A stretch of 51,703 bases of DNA from assembly GCA_037129105.1 (NCBI GenBank), contig JBAXVM010000001.1, positions 1 to 51,703 on the forward strand. Reading direction: 5' to 3'. This DNA is from a bacterium (GTDB lineage: Bacteria > Verrucomicrobiota > Kiritimatiellia > RFP12 > CAIWXQ01). Under the pieces are notes generated by a model. It was given only the letters and a program-made list of their open reading frames with translations, was not told where the DNA came from and did no database searches. The position numbers and the translations under genes were made by a program. Position 1 is the first letter of the stretch. Each line of letters starts with the position of its first letter. Below, piece by piece: positions 26,955 through 34,081 of this stretch.

Positions 26955-27587
26955 AGCACGAAGGTGCCGCGCCAGTTCCAACAACGAATCCACGGCCAGA
27001 TCGAACCCCTCGCCACGCGGGTCACCGAAGCCATACCGGCAGAAGCATCGCAATAGGCCCGTACGCCGCCCGGCCTCCAAATCCGTGAAATGGTCTCCAA
27101 CCACCCAGCTGCCGCGCAGGTCGGACAGCCCCAGGCGGTCCGCGGCCAGCAACAGCGGCGCCGGGTCCGGCTTATAAGTCGGCGTGTCCCCGCCTCCGAC
27201 CAGCGCCTCGAACTCTCCAGCCACGCCCAACCCCTCTAGAATCGGGTGAACGTATTCGCGCGGTTTGTTGGTCACCACCGCGCGTTTCCATCCCTGTTCA
27301 CCCAGTGCACGAAGCGCCTCTGCCACGCCGGGGTAGAGCGTCGTCTGATCAAGCAAATGGGCTCCATAATAGGCGCGCACGCACCCCACAGCCTCCTCAT
27401 GCCGCGCCCGTGCCTCCGGCATGGCACGCGCCACCAGTAACCGCAACCCTTCGCCGACGCAGGCCGTCACCTGGTCAACGGGCAGTTCCGGCAGCCCGAA
27501 ATCGCGTCTCGTCCGGTTGACCGCGCTGGCGAGATCCGCGCGCGAATCAATCAGCGTCCCGTCCAGATCAAAAAATATCGCTTTCAT
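26934..27587 (-). CDS. HAD-IA hydrolase, phosphoglycolate-phosphatase-like
   Basis: Motif I FFDLDGTLIDS, VTNK (motif II region), and VGDHFTDLEAG (motif III/IV). Confidence 0.75.
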   Translation of the reverse strand: MKAIFFDLDGTLIDSRADLASAVNRTRRDFGLPELPVDQVTACVGEGLRLLVARAMPEARARHEEAVGCVRAYYGAHLLDQTTLYPGVAEALRALGEQGWKRAVVTNKPREYVHPILEGLGVAGEFEALVGGGDTPTYKPDPAPLLLAADRLGLSDLRGSWVVGDHFTDLEAGRRTGLLRCFCRYGFGDPRGEGFDLAVDSLLELARHLRALGTCRT

Positions 27588-27616
27588 GTGTTTGGTTTAT
27601 AGCAAATTTGATGTGC

Positions 27617-27645
27617 TTGACGCCATGCGTTCATCCCTTTAATCT
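27617..27645 (+). promoter_or_regulatory. Candidate sigma-70 promoter of the kinase gene (TTGACG-17-TAATCT)
   Basis: The -10 ends 9 nt before the ATG at 27655, implying a nearly leaderless transcript if this promoter is used. Confidence 0.3.
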
Positions 27646-27654
27646 ACTGCATCT

Positions 27655-30639
27655 ATGCATTCAACTTCGCCTAACACAGGCCAGTCTGGCGCCGGCCGGA
27701 CGGCGCGCATACAGGTTAAGCCAGCGGCTGACGGGGCACGCCGCCAGCCGGTGTCGGCCGAACAGCTCGATAAAACCGTACTGCTGCATGCGGAGGATGT
27801 GGAGATCGAGCGCAACTCCGGATCCGCCAACGACAACCCGCAGGACAACCTTTTTCAATATTACACGATCCTCGGCAAGATCGGTGACGGCGGCATGGGC
27901 GTGGTCTATCTCGCCAAGGATAAGCGGCTGGGACGCTTCGTGTCCATCAAGCGTCTCAATGCCCAGGGACAGCGCGTGCCGTCGCTGCGACAGCGGTTTC
28001 TGCAGGAAGCACGCGCCGTGGCCGCACTGACGCATATCCACATCGTGCACATCTATGGCCTCGGCGAGGACCAGGACGGCCCCTATATCGTGATGGAATA
28101 CATCGCCGGCCCGGATGACCAACCCGTGGACCGGAATGCCCCGATCGACCGCCCCACCCCGCCGCTGACGCTCGACCAACTCGTCGCGCGCAACGGGCAG
28201 CTTGCCGTCACCGAAGCCGTGCAACTGCTGATCAAAATCGGCCGCGCCGTGGCCTATGCCCACTCCTGCGGCGTGATCCACCGCGACCTAAAGCCAGGCA
28301 ACGTACTGCTGGACAAGTCCAGCGAGCCGAAAATCGTGGACTTTGGCCTGGCCCGCCTCATGCGCAGCGAAGAAAACAAGCTCACGGTCCCGGGCGAAAA
28401 GCTCTTGTCTCTCGGTTACGGTGCACCCGAGCAGGAGCAGGATGCCAGTCTTTCGGACGAACGCGCGGATGTATACGGGCTCGGCGCGCTGCTCTACTTC
28501 GCTCTGACCGGCCAAAACCCGCGTTACTTCCGCGAACAGGACATCCCGGTGCCGTTCCGCGACGTGCTGGTGAAGGCGCTCGCGACCGATCGTGAACAGC
28601 GCTTCCCGTCGGCTACGGCGTTCACCGAGGCGCTGCAGTCCACCCAGGACAAAACCCACGTGGCCGCGCCCACCGTCAAGACCACCTGGCACTGCAAATG
28701 GTGCGACACGGTGAATCCGCTCTCGTTGCGCTATTGTGCCGAGTGCGGCTGGGATGGCGGCGAGGCTTGCCCCGAATGCGGCGTGGAGACTTTTGTAGGC
28801 ATCCAGTTTTGCGGCACATGCGGCGCCGATGCCAGATCCTACGAGTCCCTGCAACATGTGCTGCAGCGCATGCGCGCGGCCATGGAGCAGCGCCTGTTCG
28901 AGCGAGTACTCTCGCTCGGCGGGCGGGCGCACGGCTTTGAAGCCGCCGGCCCCTCCGGACGCCGCATGCAGAAAGAGGCGCAGGATCTGCGCGAGCAGGC
29001 CGAACGCAATCTGGCGCGCCGCGACGAACTGCGAGAACAAATCCCCTTGGAAATACGCGCTGAAAACTTCGAGCGCGCGCTGGTGTTCATCCGGGAGATC
29101 CGCCTGCTCGACGAGAATCAGCACCTGTTCGAGGATGAGGAGCGCCGGATTCCCGAACTGACGATGGCGCGAGACGTGGCCCGGGCCGACCGAGCCATTC
29201 GCGCCCGCGACTGGGAGACCGCCGCGCGTATTTCCGACGAGATCCTGCGCCGTTCCTCACCCGACAACCCGGATGGACTTCGCCTGAGCCGGCGCATTTC
29301 GCGTCACCATAAACTTGTACACACCGGCTGGATTTCCATCGCCGCAACGGCTTTGGCGCTACTCTACCTGCTCAGCCTTCCGCCGGTCGCGCGCAACACA
29401 AAGGGACCACTGGCGTCCGTGCTGCGAAGTTTCTACCAACCCGCCTGGAATTGTTATGACAGCGGGTTGTTCTCCGGCCTGCTGGGCCACTATACCGCCC
29501 TCTGGGGATGCACAAATCTCACCGCCTGCTTCAGCGCAAATCCATCGCCGCCCCCGGATCCGACGCCCCCCCCGCCCCTCGCGGAACCGGATCTGCAAAA
29601 AAGGCAGTTCGCATTTAATCAACAGATCCAGTTGCTGAATCTGGAGCAGCAGCGGGATACGGATAAATGGCCGCAGGACTTTCTCCGCGATCTCGACACT
29701 CTGGCGAAACAATGCCAGACCGACGGTTTCTACGACGGCTGGAAAGCCACCACCGACACGATCAAACTTTTTAAGGAAAGCAACCGGATCAACGATGCGC
29801 CGGCTGGCTACGATCTGCCGGCGCTGTCGGAGCTGATCGTACGCTATCGTCAAATCGTGTCGGTCCAGCACCTGGATCGCTGCCGCCGGCTGGTCAACAC
29901 CACCCGGAAGTATGTCAAAGACCTGTCCGAACTGCAGAAAACAAAGACCCGCGAAGGCAACATGACGGCGGCGGCCGCCATCAACGACGAGATTCGTCGC
30001 GTGCAAACACCCGAAATGCGCGAAGCCGAAACCGAACTGGCCGCCACGGCGGCAGGCTCCGCCACCCCGACACCCGGAACGGCACAACCGCTGGACCCGG
30101 AAAAAATCGCGGCGCTGGTGGCTCCGTTGCGCACCCTCTACCAGGTACAGCTCGATACGGTCTCGTCAAACTACGACGCACGCGTCAAACTCTGGCCCGC
30201 CAAGTACAAGAGCGCCATCGAAGCCCTGATGGATAGCTTCCAGAAGCAGGGCAGTTATGACGACTGGCAAAAAGCCAAAAACGAGCTCGATCGATTCGAC
30301 GCGGATGGACAAATTCAGGCCAAGGATCTGGTGCTGCAGCCGGATAAGCTGAAGAAGGAACAACAGGATCATCTCGCCTTGCTGGTCGAGTACCGCAAGG
30401 CGCGCGCTCGCAGCGTGCTCGAGGCCGCCAATGTACTCATCGGCAAGTATGAAGAAATGCGCAAGAAGCACACTATGGAGAAAAAAATGGAAGTGGCGGA
30501 AGCGGTCACAGACCAGATCAAGCAAGTCCGGAACAGCCGTGAGTACGTTGCCGCCCAACTGGAACTGACGCCACCGCCATCCGCCGCCACCAACACCAAC
30601 AAGCCGCCCGCCACGGCAGCAAGTCCCGGCGGAAAATAA
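27655..30639 (+). CDS. Ser/Thr protein kinase with double zinc ribbon, coiled coil, one TM helix and an extracytoplasmic domain built of two ~115-aa internal repeats
   Basis: Hanks motifs GDGGMGVVY, VSIK, HRDLKPGNVLL, DFGLA and GYGAPE. Zinc ribbons CKWCDTVN...CAECG and CPECG...CGTCG. TM helix GWISIAATALALLYLL. The repeats contain WPxxF/Y...G(F/S)YD(G/D)W. Confidence 0.85.
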   Translation: MHSTSPNTGQSGAGRTARIQVKPAADGARRQPVSAEQLDKTVLLHAEDVEIERNSGSANDNPQDNLFQYYTILGKIGDGGMGVVYLAKDKRLGRFVSIKRLNAQGQRVPSLRQRFLQEARAVAALTHIHIVHIYGLGEDQDGPYIVMEYIAGPDDQPVDRNAPIDRPTPPLTLDQLVARNGQLAVTEAVQLLIKIGRAVAYAHSCGVIHRDLKPGNVLLDKSSEPKIVDFGLARLMRSEENKLTVPGEKLLSLGYGAPEQEQDASLSDERADVYGLGALLYFALTGQNPRYFREQDIPVPFRDVLVKALATDREQRFPSATAFTEALQSTQDKTHVAAPTVKTTWHCKWCDTVNPLSLRYCAECGWDGGEACPECGVETFVGIQFCGTCGADARSYESLQHVLQRMRAAMEQRLFERVLSLGGRAHGFEAAGPSGRRMQKEAQDLREQAERNLARRDELREQIPLEIRAENFERALVFIREIRLLDENQHLFEDEERRIPELTMARDVARADRAIRARDWETAARISDEILRRSSPDNPDGLRLSRRISRHHKLVHTGWISIAATALALLYLLSLPPVARNTKGPLASVLRSFYQPAWNCYDSGLFSGLLGHYTALWGCTNLTACFSANPSPPPDPTPPPPLAEPDLQKRQFAFNQQIQLLNLEQQRDTDKWPQDFLRDLDTLAKQCQTDGFYDGWKATTDTIKLFKESNRINDAPAGYDLPALSELIVRYRQIVSVQHLDRCRRLVNTTRKYVKDLSELQKTKTREGNMTAAAAINDEIRRVQTPEMREAETELAATAAGSATPTPGTAQPLDPEKIAALVAPLRTLYQVQLDTVSSNYDARVKLWPAKYKSAIEALMDSFQKQGSYDDWQKAKNELDRFDADGQIQAKDLVLQPDKLKKEQQDHLALLVEYRKARARSVLEAANVLIGKYEEMRKKHTMEKKMEVAEAVTDQIKQVRNSREYVAAQLELTPPPSAATNTNKPPATAASPGGK

Positions 30640-30641
30640 GT

Positions 30642-31430
30642 ATGCAAGACATCACGGCACACGTCCGCTCGCTGGATTCGATCAATGCAGACTACCGCTG
30701 CCTGCTCCTACATGCCCCGGAGATCGCACACACAGCCCGCCCCGGGCAGTTCATTCATCTGCGCGTCACGGGACTGGAGCCGTCCGCGCTGCGCCGGCCG
30801 TTCAGTATCTACCACGCAGCCGGCGAGCTGGTCTCCGTGCTCTATAAAACCGTGGGGCGCGGGACCGAACAGCTGAGTCGCCTACGTGCCGGTGACACGC
30901 TCTCCGTCATGGGTCCGCTCGGCAATGGATTTCCCATCGAGACCGGGCATCGCACACCGATCCTCGTGGCCGGCGGCTATGGCGTCGCGCCACTGGTCTT
31001 CCTCGCGCGACACCTGCCGGCGCGCGGGATCGTCATGATCGGCGGCCGCACCGCGGCCGACATCCTCTGTGCCGATGACTTTATCGACCTCGGCTGGGAA
31101 GTCCAGATCGCCACGCTGGACGGCAGCCGCGGCACAACCGGGCTGGTCACCGTGTTGCTCGACGACTGGTCTGCCGGCCATGCCATGCAGCCGGCCACAT
31201 TCTACGCCTGCGGTCCCGACGGCATGCTGCGGGCCGTGGGGGAACGTGCCACACGAACCGGCGCCCATGCCTGGCTGTCGCTGGACAAGCACATGGTCTG
31301 TGGCGTGGGCGCCTGCCTGGCCTGCGTGCAGCGATTGCGCCGCCCGGACGGCACCACCTGGATCGCGCGCGTGTGCCGCGACGGCCCGGTTTTTGCAGCG
31401 CAGGAAATTGCCTGGGAGGAACATGGATGA
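30642..31430 (+). CDS. pyrK: dihydroorotate dehydrogenase B electron-transfer subunit
   Basis: FAD/NAD-binding RRPFS motif and the C-terminal 2Fe-2S ligand cluster CGVGACLAC...C. It starts 2 nt after the kinase stop. Confidence 0.9.
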   Translation: MQDITAHVRSLDSINADYRCLLLHAPEIAHTARPGQFIHLRVTGLEPSALRRPFSIYHAAGELVSVLYKTVGRGTEQLSRLRAGDTLSVMGPLGNGFPIETGHRTPILVAGGYGVAPLVFLARHLPARGIVMIGGRTAADILCADDFIDLGWEVQIATLDGSRGTTGLVTVLLDDWSAGHAMQPATFYACGPDGMLRAVGERATRTGAHAWLSLDKHMVCGVGACLACVQRLRRPDGTTWIARVCRDGPVFAAQEIAWEEHG

Positions 31431-32362
31431 GCAAGCCCTCCACGCCTTTGCTTCCGGATACATCAATCAACATCGCCGGCATCCGGATGAAAAATCCGGT
31501 GACCGTGGCCTCCGGCACGTTTGGCTACGGCAAAGAATACGCGCACCTGATTGATCCGCGACTGCTCGGCGCCATCACCGTCAAAGGGATACGTCTGCAG
31601 CCGTGGGAGGGCAATCCACTGCCCCGCCATGTCGAGGTTCCCGGCGGCATGGTGAATGCCATCGGATTGCAAGGGCCCGGCGTAGACGGTTTTATACGCG
31701 ACTATCTGCCATTCCTGCGCGAGACCGGCGTGCCGGTGATCGTGAATATCTGGGGCACGAGCGTGGAAGAATATGCCGAGGTTGCGGCGCGCTTTGAGGA
31801 TGTCGAAGGAATCGCCGGCCTGGAGGTAAACATCTCCTGCCCGAATGTGAAGGAGGGGGGCGCGTCATTCGGCGCGGACCCGCGCACCGTCTCCACATTG
31901 GTGGCGGCCGTGCGCCGCCGCACGCGCCTGCCGCTGATTCCAAAGCTTGCGCCCAATGTTCCGAACATCCGGCCGTATGCCCTGGCCGCCGCCGAGGCAG
32001 GTGCCAATGCGCTATCCCTGATCAACACGATCCCCGCCATGGTGATCAATATTGAAACGCGCCGGCCCGTGTTGTCGAACAAAGTCGGCGGACTTTCCGG
32101 CCCCGCCATCCATCCCGTGGCTGTCAAACTGGTCTGGGATGCGTCGCAGGCCGTGCGGATCCCGATCATCGCCATGGGCGGCATCACGGGACCCGAGCAG
32201 GCCATCGAATTTCTGATCGCCGGAGCCACTGCCGTCGCTGTCGGCACCGCAACGTTCATTGATCCCGGCACCGTGCTGCGCGTGATCACCGGCATCGAGG
32301 ACTACCTGGTGCGACACCAAATGAAAAGCGTGACGGAACTGACGGGGTCGTTGAAGGCATGA
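31427..32362 (+). CDS. pyrD: dihydroorotate dehydrogenase B catalytic subunit
   Basis: ATGA overlap with the pyrK stop (the ORF extends upstream to 31373). Has IAGIRMKNPVTVASGTFGYG and NISCPN. Confidence 0.9.
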   Translation: MSKPSTPLLPDTSINIAGIRMKNPVTVASGTFGYGKEYAHLIDPRLLGAITVKGIRLQPWEGNPLPRHVEVPGGMVNAIGLQGPGVDGFIRDYLPFLRETGVPVIVNIWGTSVEEYAEVAARFEDVEGIAGLEVNISCPNVKEGGASFGADPRTVSTLVAAVRRRTRLPLIPKLAPNVPNIRPYALAAAEAGANALSLINTIPAMVINIETRRPVLSNKVGGLSGPAIHPVAVKLVWDASQAVRIPIIAMGGITGPEQAIEFLIAGATAVAVGTATFIDPGTVLRVITGIEDYLVRHQMKSVTELTGSLKA

Positions 32363-32472
32363 GATGTCATGGGTCATTCGTCAGTGGTCATTGGGGGGGC
32401 ATTGGCGTCTACGGCGCGTCATTAGCCCCTTATAGACGGGAAACCACTACAAAACACAAGTTGTTTGAACAG

Positions 32473-32519
32473 GAGGCAACAGAGAAAACAGAGTCAACCT
32501 CTGTTCTCTCCGTTACCTC
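32473..32519 (-). repeat. 21-bp stem hairpin, perfect only as minus-strand RNA
   Basis: GAGGCAACAGAGAAAACAGAG-tcaac-CTCTGTTCTCTCCGTTACCTC. The three mismatches are C:A on the plus strand, which become G:U on the minus strand. Confidence 0.5.
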
Positions 32520-32695
32520 CTGTGCAAATCCGATTGGGTTGCGGGCTGTCGCCCGCCTTGGAAAGACGACGATGATCCGCAGATGAACTGGCAAACGAAA
32601 CGCGAAACGAAAGCAAACGATCCCCCCAATGATCAATGACTAATGACCAATCCCCCATGTCTCCCCCCACCCGTCATCCCTCCAGGAACTTGTCC

Positions 32696-33880
32696 ATGAT
32701 CTGGTACTGTATCGCCAACGGAACCCAGCGCGGTCCGATTGCCGCCGACGAACTGCAAACGCTGATCCGGGACGGCCAGTTGAAGTCGGATGACTATGTC
32801 TGGAACGAATCCTTCGGCAATCAGTGGCGGCAGGTGTGCGCCGTGCCGGAACTGGCCCTGCCGCCGGTCATGCCAGCCCCAGGGCAGGCCTGCAACACGC
32901 CGCTAGCCGGTGTGCCTGGCAGCCACCCCTTATTCCGGCTGGCCATGCAGCAGGCCTGGGATCACATGCTGAATCTTCTTTTCCGCCGTTCAAGTTTTGC
33001 GCGCTGGATGGGCCTGTCCTTTTGCGTCTGGATAACCATTGTCGGCCTATACGAACCCAACCTGTGCCTCGAATTTCTGGCCAATCAGGCGGCGCCTGAT
33101 CCCGCACTGATTGCCAAGCTGCAAACATCAACCACGCCGGAAACGCTGCTGGCCAACTACCAGGCAATCCTGGGTCAAATGGCGGATCGCATCCGCGAGG
33201 AACTGACGCCCGCGCTCGTCCAAACGGCCGCGGCACTCTGGCTGATTCTGGCCGTCATCACCTGCTGGTTGCGGGCACGCGGCACATTCATGGTCATGCA
33301 TGGCTGGCATCATCCGGACGCAACCCTGCCGCAGTTCTGGGCTGCCGGCAAGCATTGCACCCAATCACTCTTCCTGTTTCGTCTGGGATACAACCTGCTG
33401 TTCGGCGCCCTGATAGCCCTGATCGGCGTGAGCCTCTACACGAGCGTCTTCGTTCCGCTGGCCGACGGCGACTCCTTCGAGGGGGGCCTTGCCATCCGCG
33501 GGTTTCTGCTCGTTCTTGGCCTGAGCCTGCTGCTCACCGTATGGATTACCGTGGCAATCCTGACAACACATTTTGCGGTGCCAATTATGTATTGGCGCCG
33601 CACCGGCATACTGGCTGCCTGGCACACCGTGCTGGAGTTTTGCTACGAACGCCCTGCCGCCTTGACAATCTATTTCACCATGTATGCCATTCTGCTGCAT
33701 GTCGTGCTGGCCGCGCTGCTCCTGGGAATGTGCTGCACGTGCTGTTGCCTGAGCTACCTGCTGATGCTCCCGTTCCTCAACGGCCTCCTCTATCTGCCTG
33801 CCACCATCTTCTTCCGCGGCCTCAGCATCGCGTTCCTGCGGCAGTGGCGCCCGGACCTGGAGACCGGAGGCACGCCCTAG
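32696..33880 (+). CDS. GYF_2 (DUF4339) domain membrane protein
   Basis: Start taken at MIWYCIANGTQRGPIAADELQTLIRDGQLKSDDYVWNESFGNQWRQV, the typical N-terminal GYF_2 domain. In-frame ATGs also occur at 32636 and 32657. Multiple TM helices follow. Confidence 0.7.
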   Translation: MIWYCIANGTQRGPIAADELQTLIRDGQLKSDDYVWNESFGNQWRQVCAVPELALPPVMPAPGQACNTPLAGVPGSHPLFRLAMQQAWDHMLNLLFRRSSFARWMGLSFCVWITIVGLYEPNLCLEFLANQAAPDPALIAKLQTSTTPETLLANYQAILGQMADRIREELTPALVQTAAALWLILAVITCWLRARGTFMVMHGWHHPDATLPQFWAAGKHCTQSLFLFRLGYNLLFGALIALIGVSLYTSVFVPLADGDSFEGGLAIRGFLLVLGLSLLLTVWITVAILTTHFAVPIMYWRRTGILAAWHTVLEFCYERPAALTIYFTMYAILLHVVLAALLLGMCCTCCCLSYLLMLPFLNGLLYLPATIFFRGLSIAFLRQWRPDLETGGTP

Positions 33881-33938
33881 GAACCTGTCGGACTTAGGCC
33901 TTGGATCGTTCCGGTGCCTTCTGCCGACAGGTTCCTAG
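33877..33938 (+). repeat. Family-1 hairpin repeat (GAACC subfamily), forward; its first TAG is the stop of the GYF gene
   Basis: Identical to the reverse complement of 167-228. A remnant of a CAGCC-type arm follows at 33935-33953. Confidence 0.9.
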
Positions 33939-33955
33939 TCCGACAGGCTGCTGAA

Positions 33956-34081
33956 CCGCAGAATATCGAACAAGGAACTCCGAATGTCGAACGGAAGACC
34001 GCAGAAAAGAACAGCCCAAGGATCGCGGCAGGCAAACTTCAACAATCAGCGTTCCTTGTTCGATATTCTGCGGTTTTTTTT
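33956..34081 (+). repeat. Family-4 element: perfect 23-bp inverted repeat with 72-nt spacer, followed by T8
   Basis: CCGCAGAATATCGAACAAGGAAC (33956-33978) is the reverse complement of 34051-34073, and T8 lies at 34074-34081. A partial copy of one arm is at 48394-48435. Confidence 0.7.

Noticed and set aside
33877-33938. Family-1 hairpins as ordinary Rho-independent terminators
   Set aside because: None is followed by a U tract, unlike the canonical gdhA terminator at 3724-3756. The conserved sequence, the subfamily structure and the 62/62 identical distant copies go beyond what terminators need. I kept this only as one hypothesis in the findings.
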